Shown: piece after piece, positions 21,639 through 31,905 of the stretch | Layout: the number at the start of each line of letters is the position of its first letter | How positions within the stretch are numbered: the stretch's first letter is position 1 | Assembly: GCA_039815185.1 (NCBI GenBank) | Contig: JBCBZT010000015.1 | Coordinates: 1 to 64,000, forward strand | Length of the DNA stretch: 64,000 nucleotides | Direction: 5' to 3' | DNA from: Cyanobacteria bacterium P01_A01_bin.123 | Lineage (GTDB): Bacteria; Cyanobacteriota; Cyanobacteriia; Phormidesmidales; Phormidesmidaceae | Notes under the pieces: generated by a model | Seen by the model: only the letters and a program-made list of their open reading frames with translations | Told to the model about the DNA's origin: nothing | Database searches by the model: none | Position numbers and translations under genes: made by a program

Positions 21639-21690
21639 TGAGGCAGTAGATGAACTTAATTCACTGAGGCAGTAGATGAACTTAATTCAC
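21639..21690. repeat. perfect 26-bp tandem duplication
   Basis: TGAGGCAGTAGATGAACTTAATTCAC x2. Confidence 0.95.
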
Positions 21691-21704
21691 TACCCCCCTG
21701 AACC

Positions 21705-22658
21705 ATGCGTCACTTCCTATGGGCGATCGCAGTTTTATTGACTGCTTGCCAAGGCTCACCCCCACCTCTAGCATCCCCCCAGACAGCGTCATCTCAGTCT
21801 GCTGCAACCCCGATTACAATTACCTCTGAAGCGACCTTTGAGCCCGAAGCGGAAACCTGCAACATTCGCAGCACTATCTCCACCGCGCAACGCGATCGCC
21901 TGCCCAAAAGCTTGCCTCAACCTAGAGATGCGGATGATTACGACTCCCTTCACGCTAACTGGGGCATCGGTTATTTAGAAGTCACCCAAAAAGCTGATTT
22001 TCAAGCTGGTATCCAGAGTGAACAGGGGGTTCATTTTTATGGGTTTGACTGGATTAGTCAGAATATTCTGCCTTTATACGATAGCCCTGATGGTAGCCTT
22101 GAAGGCTGGATCGCTTGCGGTTGGGTGATCGAAGCCGATCATCCAGAGATGGAGACTCCTCTGGAGCCCCATCTGATCCAATCCGGTTATGAATCTTGGA
22201 CGTACATCGTTCTTCAAGAGCAAGATAACTGGCTCCAATTTCGGTATAGCAGGTCGGGGCTCATTGGCGGGGGTATTGCTTGGATTTCCAAAGATGATTT
22301 GGCGATTGGGCTGGTTGCCTTAGATTTAGTGCGCTGGAGTGATGAATTTCAACCCAATGAATTGCGGTCATCTGAAAGAAATCCTGATACTTTGGGGTGG
22401 CTCTTCTTTCGCGATCGCAATACGTCCTATGCCCTACAGGCAAATCCCTCAGAAACTGCTGCGCTGATTACCTCGATTGGCGAAGACCACGGTATTGAGC
22501 CCCTCGAAATTCAAGGCGATTGGATGCGCGTCATGGTGGTGCAACCGAGAACATATTGTATTGGCAGTACGCCAGACACGCCGGTTCATGAAGGCTGGAT
22601 TCGCTGGCGTGACAACCAAAGCGGCACTTGGCTCAGCTATTATCCAAGGGGATGTTAA
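21705..22658 (+). CDS. hypothetical lipoprotein
   Basis: LTAC lipobox; SH3-like GDWMRV...GWIRW C-terminus. Confidence 0.75.
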   Translation: MRHFLWAIAVLLTACQGSPPPLASPQTASSQSAATPITITSEATFEPEAETCNIRSTISTAQRDRLPKSLPQPRDADDYDSLHANWGIGYLEVTQKADFQAGIQSEQGVHFYGFDWISQNILPLYDSPDGSLEGWIACGWVIEADHPEMETPLEPHLIQSGYESWTYIVLQEQDNWLQFRYSRSGLIGGGIAWISKDDLAIGLVALDLVRWSDEFQPNELRSSERNPDTLGWLFFRDRNTSYALQANPSETAALITSIGEDHGIEPLEIQGDWMRVMVVQPRTYCIGSTPDTPVHEGWIRWRDNQSGTWLSYYPRGC

Positions 22659-22679
22659 GCAGGATGCGAGTCGGCAAAG

Positions 22680-22748
22680 TATAGCGCTGGCCAGATTGCT
22701 TAATGCACCGAGTATTGTTGAGATGCTCAGCACACAAGCAATCTGACT
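22680..22748 (+). repeat. 69-bp dispersed repeat / MITE-like element, copy 1
   Basis: TATAGCGCTGGCCAGATTGC...GCAATCTGACT; homologous to 32292 and 44933. Confidence 0.85.
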
Positions 22749-22890
22749 CGCCATAGTACACAAAGCTTTGTGGCTACGGCCATACCACAAGTTGAGCTTG
22801 TCCAAGTTCTGCAATAAGAGCCTGATAGGTCTGGGCCTGTATTGAGGGTAAACCGGGTCGTGGGGAGTTCCCGTTGTGTTGGTGTAACCG

Positions 22891-23565
22891 CTAATCCTTG
22901 AGTCGAATCACAGTGCCACTATTGTTGGTGTGATAGACCCAAGACTGATCGCCGTCACTGATGATGGTGTGCCAACCCAAAATGCCAATTGCAGGGCAAT
23001 TGCCATCAATTTGGGGAATGCCATAACAGCCATCCCATAAACGCGGTTCAGCAGCGGTGACAGTTAGATCTTCAACATCGGCTAGGCCATTATCGATGAC
23101 TGTTTGGAAAATGCGATCGCGTAAGGACGGTGGCAAATTATGCGCCAGGGTCGAGCGGCGAATACTATTGCCACTGAGGTCCGTGCGATAGAAATAGCTT
23201 TGGTTTGTTGCATCAGTTACCTCAACTTGCCAGCCTTCGGTCAATGCGGCAAGACATGACTCCGCTGGCCCACCTAATCCTAGACAACCATCAGACCAGG
23301 TTTCGCGGCTGTAGCGTCCGACTTGAAGTGCAGTATCGCCTATTTCCTCGCTGAGTTGGGCCTTAACCTGGGTTGCGATCGCGTCGGGGAGTCTTTCAAA
23401 TTCAACGTCGGTTACGTTCGGTTCAGTTGTTACGGTGGATGGATTCACAATTGGCGCAGAAAGCGTTGGGCTGGAAACTGTGGCGTCAGAATCGGGTGGC
23501 GTTGTACAGGCAACTAAAAAGCTGAGGCTAATGAGCAGGGTAGTGAGTCGGGCGATAGCAAGCAT
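22891..23565 (-). CDS. hypothetical lipoprotein with duplicated W.DGC domain
   Basis: LVAC lipobox; two units of W.DGC.G....C....GW.......Y.YRT/HT...G..IR. Confidence 0.75.
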   Translation of the reverse strand: MLAIARLTTLLISLSFLVACTTPPDSDATVSSPTLSAPIVNPSTVTTEPNVTDVEFERLPDAIATQVKAQLSEEIGDTALQVGRYSRETWSDGCLGLGGPAESCLAALTEGWQVEVTDATNQSYFYRTDLSGNSIRRSTLAHNLPPSLRDRIFQTVIDNGLADVEDLTVTAAEPRLWDGCYGIPQIDGNCPAIGILGWHTIISDGDQSWVYHTNNSGTVIRLKD

Positions 23566-23702
23566 AAAAGACGTTTTCCAACGAACATAGCCTTACGTTA
23601 GCGCTGTCTATCTTGCTGCTGAGACCCGTTACAGATTCGGATACCCCTGCGGATCAAATCATTCGAGAGGTCAACGCATTGCGTAGATTCTTTGTGATTA
23701 AT

Positions 23703-24287
23703 CTAAAGCAGGGGAACGGTACCGGCTTGATAGTCCAGCAGGGTCCCTTGGGCACCTTCAAGCACAGTATTACCAGATAGCAAACATTGCTCCAGGTAAG
23801 TCTCTGCTGCTTCAGCATTTAAAGTACAGGGGGCCAGTCGTTGCCCGATTTTCATCAAGGCGTCTATCACCCGTTGCGGATCTAGCCATGCTGATTCTTC
23901 GTTTAAGTATTGGGCAACCTCGGGTGACTCAGACAAAGGCTGGAGTCTTTTGTGGACATAGTCATACAGCGCATCGACCTTTTCAGAAAGTCTACGGTGA
24001 TCAACCAAATTCCAGGCGGTGAGGGTGGTGTTGGGATGCGATCGCGCATAAATAAATGTTGCCCCCACGCCCATGCCCGTACTGCCAAATCGGCGATCGC
24101 CGCGATGGAGTTCTTGAGCCCGGTTGATGATCTTGTGCCAAAGGGTAACAACTGGGCAACGACCATCAATCGTCAATCGCTGCAGGGGGTTGAAGATGCC
24201 GTTGTTTTGGGGGACTGAGGCTTCTTTCAACCTGTTGAAAGGCGTGATCGCCATCTGCTGACTTAGAAAAGTCTTAACTGTAGACAA
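23703..24287 (-). pseudogene. internal fragment of a divergent adenylosuccinate-synthetase-like gene
   Basis: GSTGMGVG and LEGAQGTLLD...GT.P motifs present; N-terminal GDEGKG and C-terminal third absent. Confidence 0.7.
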
Positions 24288-24419
24288 TCGGCAGGCAGTG
24301 GTTTAATCTGACCACAAACGAACATTTGTACTGCCATCCCGGATACTCAGAAACTTCAATTCCAAAACTGCATTTATCGGAAGCGAAATCCCTTTACTTA
24401 AATAAAATCACAGAAATCT

Positions 24420-24812
24420 ATGAAATTTGGCTACACCATTGTCTACGTCTCATCAGTTGCTGAAACGCTCACCTTTTATCAGCAAGCATTTGGCTTTGAA
24501 ACTCGCTTTCTCCATGAATCAGGTGACTATGGCGAGTTAGAGACGGGCTCAACCGTATTGGCCTTTGCCTCCCATGATTTGGGTGAGATGAATCTTGAGG
24601 GGAAATATCAGAAAACCGATCCGAGTGCGGCTCCGTTGGGGGTTGAGCTAGCATTTGTGACGGATGATGTTGCAGCAGCTTATGATCGCGCTGTTTCTGC
24701 AGGCGCTATCTCTCTCAAACCGCCCGTTGAAAAACCTTGGGGACAAGTTGTGGCCTATGTGCGGGCTGTTGAGGGATCCCTAATTGAGCTTTGTTCTCCA
24801 GTTGGCGGTTAA
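24420..24812 (+). CDS. VOC/glyoxalase family protein
   Basis: YTIVYV..V, FYQQAFG and KPWGQ.VAYV...G.LIEL motifs. Confidence 0.9.
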   Translation: MKFGYTIVYVSSVAETLTFYQQAFGFETRFLHESGDYGELETGSTVLAFASHDLGEMNLEGKYQKTDPSAAPLGVELAFVTDDVAAAYDRAVSAGAISLKPPVEKPWGQVVAYVRAVEGSLIELCSPVGG

Positions 24813-24823
24813 TGATTAATAGG

Positions 24824-27800
24824 CTATTCAATTTGGGCTTCGGCTTGGTGGGCGATCGCCCTTAGCTGATCTAGCACTGCTACATTAGCCCCCTGCCATA
24901 ATCCCCGCTGACTCGCCTCTAGCAGCCGTTCGGCCATATCTCGCAGTGCCCAGGGATTTTTTTGTTCTATAAACTGCTGAACTTTGGGATCGAGCACATA
25001 GGCTTCGGCAACCCCTTGGTACATATAGTCTGCGACGCAGTGAGTTGTGGCATCGTAGGCAAATAGATAATCGACGGTGGCGGCCATTTCAAATGCGCCT
25101 TTGTAACCGTGGCGCATCACCCCAGCAATCCACTTGGGGTTAACGACTCGCGATCGATAGACCCGGGCAATTTCTGCCTGGAGGGAACGCACCTTGGGAT
25201 TGTCTACCACAGCGTGATCGCCAAAGTAGGTTTGGGGATTTTTCCCTTGAGCAACCCGCACTGCTGCCGTCAATCCCCCTTGAAACTGGTAATAATCGTC
25301 AGAGTCGAGCAGGTCATGTTCGCGGTTGTCTTGGTTGTGGAGCACAATTTGCATTTGTTCTAACCGCTGCTGAAAAGCTTCTGGTGCCGAGCGTCCGGCG
25401 GCGTTGCGGCCATAGGCATAGCTGCTCCAGTTCACATAAGCATGGGCCAAGTCTTCGTCCGTCGTCCAGTTTTGGGCATCGATTAGCCCCTGCAGGCCAG
25501 CGCCGTAAGCTCCCGGTTTGGAACCAAAGATGCGAAAGCGCGATCGCGTTTGAGCCTGCTCCTCAGTCAATCCTTTGGCTATCCAAGCAGTGGTCTCTTG
25601 CTGCACCCTTGCCGCTAGCGGGTTTTGTTCATCAGGTTCATCCAGACTGGCCACTGCGGCCACTGCCTGATCAAACAAATCAATCAAATTCGGAAACCCA
25701 TCCCGAAAGAATCCTGAAATCCTAAGGGTTACATCCACCCGAGGCCGCCCCAGCAGCGATACGGGCAAAATCTCAAAATCAACCACCCGTCGCGACGGGC
25801 CATCCCATACAGGGCGCACCCCCAGCAGCGCCAGCGCCTCTGCCAAATCGTCTCCCCCGGTTCGCATGGTTGAAGTGCCCCAAACCGAAAGTCCCAGCGT
25901 TTTCGGATATTCACCGTTCTGCTGTACATAATCTTCTATCAACACTTCCGCTGCTCGCCGCCCCACATCCCAAGCACTTTCGGTTGGAATCGCCCGAATA
26001 TCGACCGAATAAAAATTACGCCCTGTTGGCAACACATCCGGTCGGTTGCGTGTGGGTGCCCCGGCAGGGCCACTGGGGATGTAGCCGCCGTTGAGCCCGT
26101 GGAGTAGGTGGGTCAGTTCTTGGGGAGTTTGACGTAGGTTGGGCAGGAGGGTTTGGTGGAGGTGGGTGAGTTCTTTGATGAGGGAGTGGAGGAGTGGGGG
26201 AGTGGGGGAGTGGGGGAGTGGGGGAGGTGGGGGGGCAGGGAGTGGGGGAGTGGGGGAGCTTAGGAGGGCGTCAACTAAGGTGGCGGCGTGGGTTTCGAGT
26301 TGGGTAACGGCGTCGCCGATGGTGCGGCAGTTTTCTAAGGCGGTGAAGAGGGTAGGTTGGTGTTGGGTGATGATTTGACTCAGCGCGTCATTTAGATTTG
26401 CTAAATCTGGTTCTTTGATTTGAATGACACTGTCCGGGCTGTTTTGGGGAGGGTTAGCAGGGGACAGTGAGGGGTGTTTGGGGACAGTTGGGGACAGTTG
26501 GGGGCAGCTAAAGGCAAAGGACAAGGCTAGGTCGTCGGTGAGTGGATCGATATTGAGATCATAGTCTTGGGCGATCGCCCGCGTTAAGCCTACCCGTCCA
26601 GGACTGGGATGACGGGCGATCGCGATCAGCAAATCTCGCAGCTGTCTTCCCTCCGGGCAGCAACCAAAAATATGCAGCCCATCCCGAATCTGAGCCTCCT
26701 TGAGTTCGCAGAGATAACCGTCAATTTGAGGTAGCAACTTTTCTAAGCCGCCCTGCTTGTCCAAGTCCTTTGGGCGGTCAATTTTGGACAGCACTTCGTG
26801 CCGCTGCGCTAGAGGAGTTTGGAGTTTAGATTTTGGACTTGTTCTTAGCTTGTCCTGAGCTTGTCGAATGGGCTTGTTAGATGGATTCTGATTTCCTCCC
26901 CCCATCTCCCCATCTCCCCATCTCCCCCGCTCCCCTCCTTTCCCCAACCCCAAATCCTCAACCAACTGCGTTTCAGCCAACAGCTCCCCAATGCGATCGC
27001 CAATCATCGGCAATCTCGTCGGATCTAGACTTTGGGCTTCATAGTATTCGTCCACCCAGGCTTCAAGTTTCTCAAGAGGGCCGTAGAGTTCGGCGCGGGT
27101 TAAGGGTGGCGTCAGGTGGTCGACGATCACGGCTTGGGCACGGCGTTTGGCTTGGGCCCCTTCCCCTGGATCATTGACGATGAAGGGATATAGGTGGGGC
27201 AGGGGGCCAAGGGCGGCTTCGGGGTAGCAGTTTTCTGAGAGGGCAATGCCTTTGCCAGGTAGCCATTCTAGGTTGCCGTGTTTGCCGACGTGCACAATCG
27301 CCTGGGCTCCAAACTGGTGGCGCACCCAGGCGTAAAACGCTAAATATTCTGGGGTGGGTTCGAGGTCGGGGGCGTGGTAGTTGAGCGTGGGGTCTTGGTC
27401 GTAGCCGCGGCTGGGTTGGATGCCGATGAAGAGGTTGCCGAGTTGGAGGCCGGGGATGGGGAGTGGGGAGGATGGGGGAGTGGGGGAGTGGGGGAGCGTA
27501 GGGGAGGCGGGCCAGCGATCGCGGATGCCGGTTTTTACGGCTTTGGGAAGGGCGTTGAAAAAGTTTTCAAAGGCTTCTGGAGTTAGGGTTTGGTGGGCGG
27601 GACGAAGGGGATTGGCTTCGCGATCGTTAGTGATGCTTTGGGTGAGGCGTTGAATCAGGTCGTCGCCGTCTTTGGGGATGTCGGGGATGTGATATCCGGC
27701 CGTGGCGAGGCTATGTAGGATTTCGACGCAGCTTTGCGGGGTGTCGAGGCCGACGCCGTTGGCAAGGCGGGCGTCGCGGGTGGGATAGTTGGCCAAAATC

Positions 27801-28954
27801 AGGGCAATGCGTCGCTCGGCGGGTGGGGTTTGGCGGAGGTGTACCCAGTGGGCGGCGAGTTGGGCGACAAACTGGACGCGATCGCTGACAGGTTCATACA
27901 CGACTACATCTGTTTCCAATGCACTGCTGCGACGCTGCACGGCTTTAAAGGATATGGCTCGGGTAATGATGCGGCCATCCACTTCTGGTAGGGCGACATT
28001 CATGGCAATGTCGCGGGGGGAGAGTCCTTGGGGATTCGTCTGCCATTGGTCTTGAGTGCCGCCACTCAAAATCACTTGCAGGATGGGGACACCTAGTTTT
28101 TGCCACAAATCGAGCTGGGGAGTGGTCTGGTCAAGCTGAGCGATAGAAAAGCTAGTGGTGATGAGCAACACCTGAATACCCGGTTCTCCTTTGGGTTTGA
28201 GCAATGTCAGCAATTCAGTTTGGGCGTCTGGATCTTGAAGCGATGAGACGAAGATAGGGACGGGCTGGAGTCCTTGCTGGGTTAGGGCTTTGCAGAGAGC
28301 ATCAATGGGGGCAGTGTTGCCGGAGAGGTAGTGGGAGCGGTAGAAGAGGAGGCCTGCGGCAGGGAGGGATGGGGGAGTGGGGGGATGGGGGAGTGGGGGG
28401 ATGGAGGGATGGTAAACACCGAGTCGGGGAATGGGTTTGGGGTTTGGGGGATTGTAGTGGGTGTTTAGGAGGCGATCGCAGAGGTAGGCTAAGCCGTGAC
28501 GCAGATTATTGACGCCGCCTTCAATTAAGTAGCGCCAGATCTGGTTTGCGGTGGCTAGGGGCACGGTGGAGTGGCTGATCAGATCGGGGTCGGGGCGATC
28601 GTCGCCGGGGAGGACGACCAGTTTAGCGCCAGTGGTGGCGGCAGTGTCTTTGAGGACTTCTAAGCCGTAAGACCAGTAGGCTCGCCCACCTAAGAGGCGG
28701 ACAACGATCACGAGGGCTTGACTCAGGACTGTTTCGGCATAGGTGTCGATGGACAACTGCTGTTGAAGCTGGAGCAGGTTAGTGACGCGAATTGCTGGAA
28801 AGTCTTTGGGGAGTTGGGGTAAGACAGTCGCAAGGATTTGAATTTCAGTGTCAGCGGCGGTGAGAAACACCAGGGGAGCCGGGGTTTGATCCACAAAAAT
28901 AACCCCCTCGGCTTCGGGATTCCATCCACCAGGGGAAGCTGCAAGGCGATGCAT
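24824..28954 (-). CDS. cobN: cobaltochelatase subunit CobN
   Basis: LPEVDGRI, HVGKHGNLEWLPGK, GRPRVDVTLRISGFFRD, NPKWI and HGYKGA motifs; contains low-complexity in-frame inserts. Confidence 0.95.
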   Translation of the reverse strand: MHRLAASPGGWNPEAEGVIFVDQTPAPLVFLTAADTEIQILATVLPQLPKDFPAIRVTNLLQLQQQLSIDTYAETVLSQALVIVVRLLGGRAYWSYGLEVLKDTAATTGAKLVVLPGDDRPDPDLISHSTVPLATANQIWRYLIEGGVNNLRHGLAYLCDRLLNTHYNPPNPKPIPRLGVYHPSIPPLPHPPTPPSLPAAGLLFYRSHYLSGNTAPIDALCKALTQQGLQPVPIFVSSLQDPDAQTELLTLLKPKGEPGIQVLLITTSFSIAQLDQTTPQLDLWQKLGVPILQVILSGGTQDQWQTNPQGLSPRDIAMNVALPEVDGRIITRAISFKAVQRRSSALETDVVVYEPVSDRVQFVAQLAAHWVHLRQTPPAERRIALILANYPTRDARLANGVGLDTPQSCVEILHSLATAGYHIPDIPKDGDDLIQRLTQSITNDREANPLRPAHQTLTPEAFENFFNALPKAVKTGIRDRWPASPTLPHSPTPPSSPLPIPGLQLGNLFIGIQPSRGYDQDPTLNYHAPDLEPTPEYLAFYAWVRHQFGAQAIVHVGKHGNLEWLPGKGIALSENCYPEAALGPLPHLYPFIVNDPGEGAQAKRRAQAVIVDHLTPPLTRAELYGPLEKLEAWVDEYYEAQSLDPTRLPMIGDRIGELLAETQLVEDLGLGKGGERGRWGDGEMGGGNQNPSNKPIRQAQDKLRTSPKSKLQTPLAQRHEVLSKIDRPKDLDKQGGLEKLLPQIDGYLCELKEAQIRDGLHIFGCCPEGRQLRDLLIAIARHPSPGRVGLTRAIAQDYDLNIDPLTDDLALSFAFSCPQLSPTVPKHPSLSPANPPQNSPDSVIQIKEPDLANLNDALSQIITQHQPTLFTALENCRTIGDAVTQLETHAATLVDALLSSPTPPLPAPPPPPLPHSPTPPLLHSLIKELTHLHQTLLPNLRQTPQELTHLLHGLNGGYIPSGPAGAPTRNRPDVLPTGRNFYSVDIRAIPTESAWDVGRRAAEVLIEDYVQQNGEYPKTLGLSVWGTSTMRTGGDDLAEALALLGVRPVWDGPSRRVVDFEILPVSLLGRPRVDVTLRISGFFRDGFPNLIDLFDQAVAAVASLDEPDEQNPLAARVQQETTAWIAKGLTEEQAQTRSRFRIFGSKPGAYGAGLQGLIDAQNWTTDEDLAHAYVNWSSYAYGRNAAGRSAPEAFQQRLEQMQIVLHNQDNREHDLLDSDDYYQFQGGLTAAVRVAQGKNPQTYFGDHAVVDNPKVRSLQAEIARVYRSRVVNPKWIAGVMRHGYKGAFEMAATVDYLFAYDATTHCVADYMYQGVAEAYVLDPKVQQFIEQKNPWALRDMAERLLEASQRGLWQGANVAVLDQLRAIAHQAEAQIE

Positions 28955-29339
28955 AGGTTAACTAAATCGAATTAACTCAATCGAAATCTGAAAGAACTAT
29001 AGCGTCAGAGCAGGTTTATTGATTTTAGGAGATAGGATGTACCTGAACTTCAACACCACATTAAGTCCAGCGCTTTTGTTGGGGTTCAGCTTTTACATTA
29101 AGCAACAAAAGGAATGATTAAGAGAATAGGTGTCAATTCAGACTTACCTATTTTCTTAATGTGTTTTCCTCATTTTTAAGCAAGATTTAGTCCGTGCTAT
29201 TCAAATCATTGACCAAGTGTGAGTTGGTTCTTAACTTGAGGCATGAGTTTCTAAGGCCGTTTTTTTAGAGTGTTTTAATTTATCCCTGGCTTAGGGTCAA
29301 TTCTGGAGCAGTGGCCTATGCCCTGCCAAGCGGTCATCA

Positions 29340-31694
29340 ATGGCTAATTTTTTAGAGTTGGTTTCGTTTCGTTGGGTTCATCAGGCGGCGTGGTCAAGTC
29401 TTGCCCGTCTGTTAGCGGGTTATGGTACGACGACTGATGCACTGTGGATTACGGCATCAGAACTCACCGTTGCGTCCACCAATCGCCCTGACAGACTTGA
29501 GGATTGGCAGGTGCTGGTTGCGCAAAACTATCGCGTCTTAGTGCTCAAGCAAACTCAGCGAGAAGCATCCCGGCCCGATCAAGTCTCTATTGGGTTAAGT
29601 TTTGACGCCACTGCGATCGCGACCTTTCTCACTTGGGTGGAAAATGGACTCGAAGCGGGAGCCGTCCTTGCCCCGATGCTGCAAGCCCAACTGCCTCAAG
29701 CTCAAGCCTGGTTGTCAGCCTCTGCTCCTGCAATGGAAGGGTTTGTGCTGGACTTGCTTAACGTAATGGTTCAAAATCAGCCCGGTGAAGGCATTGCAAA
29801 TTCATCCTCAACGTCTGAGTTTTTATCAGATCACCCGCATTTTCCGATAAAACCTGCGCAGCATAGCCTGAATCAGCAAATTGAACAGCGTCTCTTGCTC
29901 GATCAGGTGATCACTAAAATTCGTCAATCGTTGGAACTGCCAGAGATTTTGCAAACGACTGTAGATGAGGTGCGGCAGTTTCTCAAAGCCGATCGGCTCG
30001 TGATTTATCAGTTTGAGGGGCAGGTCGAAAGTCAGTTTTTGGAGCAAGTGCGCCCCCGCGGGGTGATTGCCTACGAAGCTCGCATTGATGAAATGCTGCC
30101 GTCGATCCTTAATTATGCTGAGGATGATTGCTTTGGCGCCAAGCACCGTATAGAAGGACATACGGGCGATCGCGAGCAGTTGTCCCACGCCAATACTTTG
30201 CGCCCCAGCCAGCCGAAAGCGGTTGTTGATGTCCAGCAGACCTATCAATCTTCACCCTGTCTGCTGAAGGTTTTGAATCAGGCCCAAGTGCGCTCTAAGT
30301 TAGTCGTGTCTATTGAGACAGGCGATCGCCCTTGGGGACTCTTAATCGCCCATCAGTGCACGGAACAGCGCCAGTGGCAACCGTGGGAAGTTGAATTTTT
30401 GCAGCACATCGGCGAGCACTTATCCGTCGCTATTTCCCAAGCTGAACTTTATCATCAACTCCAGCAGCAGAAGCGCAGCCTAGAAGTCTGCGTGATTGAG
30501 CGCACCGAAGATCTGCAAGACGCCATGATTTCGGCTCAATCGGCGAGTCGGGCCAAAAGTGAGTTTTTGGCCACGATGAGCCACGAATTGCGGACGCCGC
30601 TCACGTGCATTATTGGCATGTCGGCAACCCTCCTGCGCTGGTCATTCGGTGACCTCAGCTCCCGACAGCAAAACTATCTAACGACGATTCATGATAGCGG
30701 TGAACGCTTATTAAGCTTAATTAATGACATCTTAGAGGTCGCCAAAATTGAATCAGGCCGCACAATCCTAGAAGTCAGTGATTTTTCCCTCTCCAGCTTG
30801 ACGCGGCAGTGTTTGGAGGTCTTTCAAGACAAGGCCCGTCACCAGGGCGTTGAACTTTTCCTGGATCTGAAGCTGTCTGCCCAGCAAGATAATTTTGTTG
30901 CCGACCCACGACGGATTAAGCAAATTTTGCAAAATCTACTCAGCAATGCCGTCAAGTTCACTCCCCAAGGTGGCGAAGTTAAGCTGCGAGTTTGGCGAGA
31001 AAATCACGCAGCAGTGGTATTTCGCATTGAAGATACAGGCATCGGCATTCCTGACACCCAACAGGTGTTGCTGTTTGAAAAGTTTCAACAACTCGAACCC
31101 ACCCGTCATCGCCAGTACCAAGGTACAGGCCTAGGGCTAGCGCTAACCAAACAGTTGGTGGAACTCCACGGGGGGTCAATTTCAGTCGAGTCAAAGCTCA
31201 ATTATGGTTCGGCTTTTACTGTGCGCTTGCCGTTGCAGCAGCTCAGCCCGCAGAAAACGCTACCCACCCCCTCCAAAGCAGTGGCCCCAGAACCGATATT
31301 GGGGCGGATTGTGTTAGTCGAAGATCAAGAAGAGACTGCTGGAATAATTTGCGATATGCTCACCGCTGCTGATCACCAAGTGATTTGGGTCGTGGATGGG
31401 TCGCAGGTGGTCGAGCAAGTAGGCCTGCTTCAACCCATGGCAGTGATCATTGACATGGGACTTTCCGGCGCAAACGGCCATGACATTGTGGTGGCTCTGC
31501 GTCAAACAATGGCCACAGCCAGCGTCAAGATTTTGGCGCTAGCCGAAGACGAAACGAAAATCGACGCTGCTGCAAGCACTTTATCCGACACCGGGGGGCA
31601 AGACTTCAGTGCTGATGAGATTATCTTGAAACCCGTTAATCCAGAAATCCTGCTGGTTAAAATCAACGCGCTGATGTCATTGCCTATCAGCTAA
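29340..31694 (+). CDS. cikA: CikA-like GAF/histidine kinase/receiver protein
   Basis: GAF domain ([22 protein letters not shown]); His[24 protein letters not shown] typical of CikA; HATPase; C-terminal receiver-like domain. Confidence 0.75.
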   Translation: MANFLELVSFRWVHQAAWSSLARLLAGYGTTTDALWITASELTVASTNRPDRLEDWQVLVAQNYRVLVLKQTQREASRPDQVSIGLSFDATAIATFLTWVENGLEAGAVLAPMLQAQLPQAQAWLSASAPAMEGFVLDLLNVMVQNQPGEGIANSSSTSEFLSDHPHFPIKPAQHSLNQQIEQRLLLDQVITKIRQSLELPEILQTTVDEVRQFLKADRLVIYQFEGQVESQFLEQVRPRGVIAYEARIDEMLPSILNYAEDDCFGAKHRIEGHTGDREQLSHANTLRPSQPKAVVDVQQTYQSSPCLLKVLNQAQVRSKLVVSIETGDRPWGLLIAHQCTEQRQWQPWEVEFLQHIGEHLSVAISQAELYHQLQQQKRSLEVCVIERTEDLQDAMISAQSASRAKSEFLATMSHELRTPLTCIIGMSATLLRWSFGDLSSRQQNYLTTIHDSGERLLSLINDILEVAKIESGRTILEVSDFSLSSLTRQCLEVFQDKARHQGVELFLDLKLSAQQDNFVADPRRIKQILQNLLSNAVKFTPQGGEVKLRVWRENHAAVVFRIEDTGIGIPDTQQVLLFEKFQQLEPTRHRQYQGTGLGLALTKQLVELHGGSISVESKLNYGSAFTVRLPLQQLSPQKTLPTPSKAVAPEPILGRIVLVEDQEETAGIICDMLTAADHQVIWVVDGSQVVEQVGLLQPMAVIIDMGLSGANGHDIVVALRQTMATASVKILALAEDETKIDAAASTLSDTGGQDFSADEIILKPVNPEILLVKINALMSLPIS

Positions 31695-31905
31695 ACTTGC
31701 CGATTGATGATATTGTGCGATAGTCGGAATGTATCGATCCGAGTCTACACCCGCTAGCATCTGAATCTTTGCCTGAACTGTGAATTTTCCCTGAGGGGTC
31801 AATTAATCCCTCTCCACAACTTCTAATTCAGCCATAACGTCACTTTCCAAAGGCCTCGCTATATTAAAGATGTTCTAGATGACTCACTACTTGGAGGAAT
31901 TCAAA

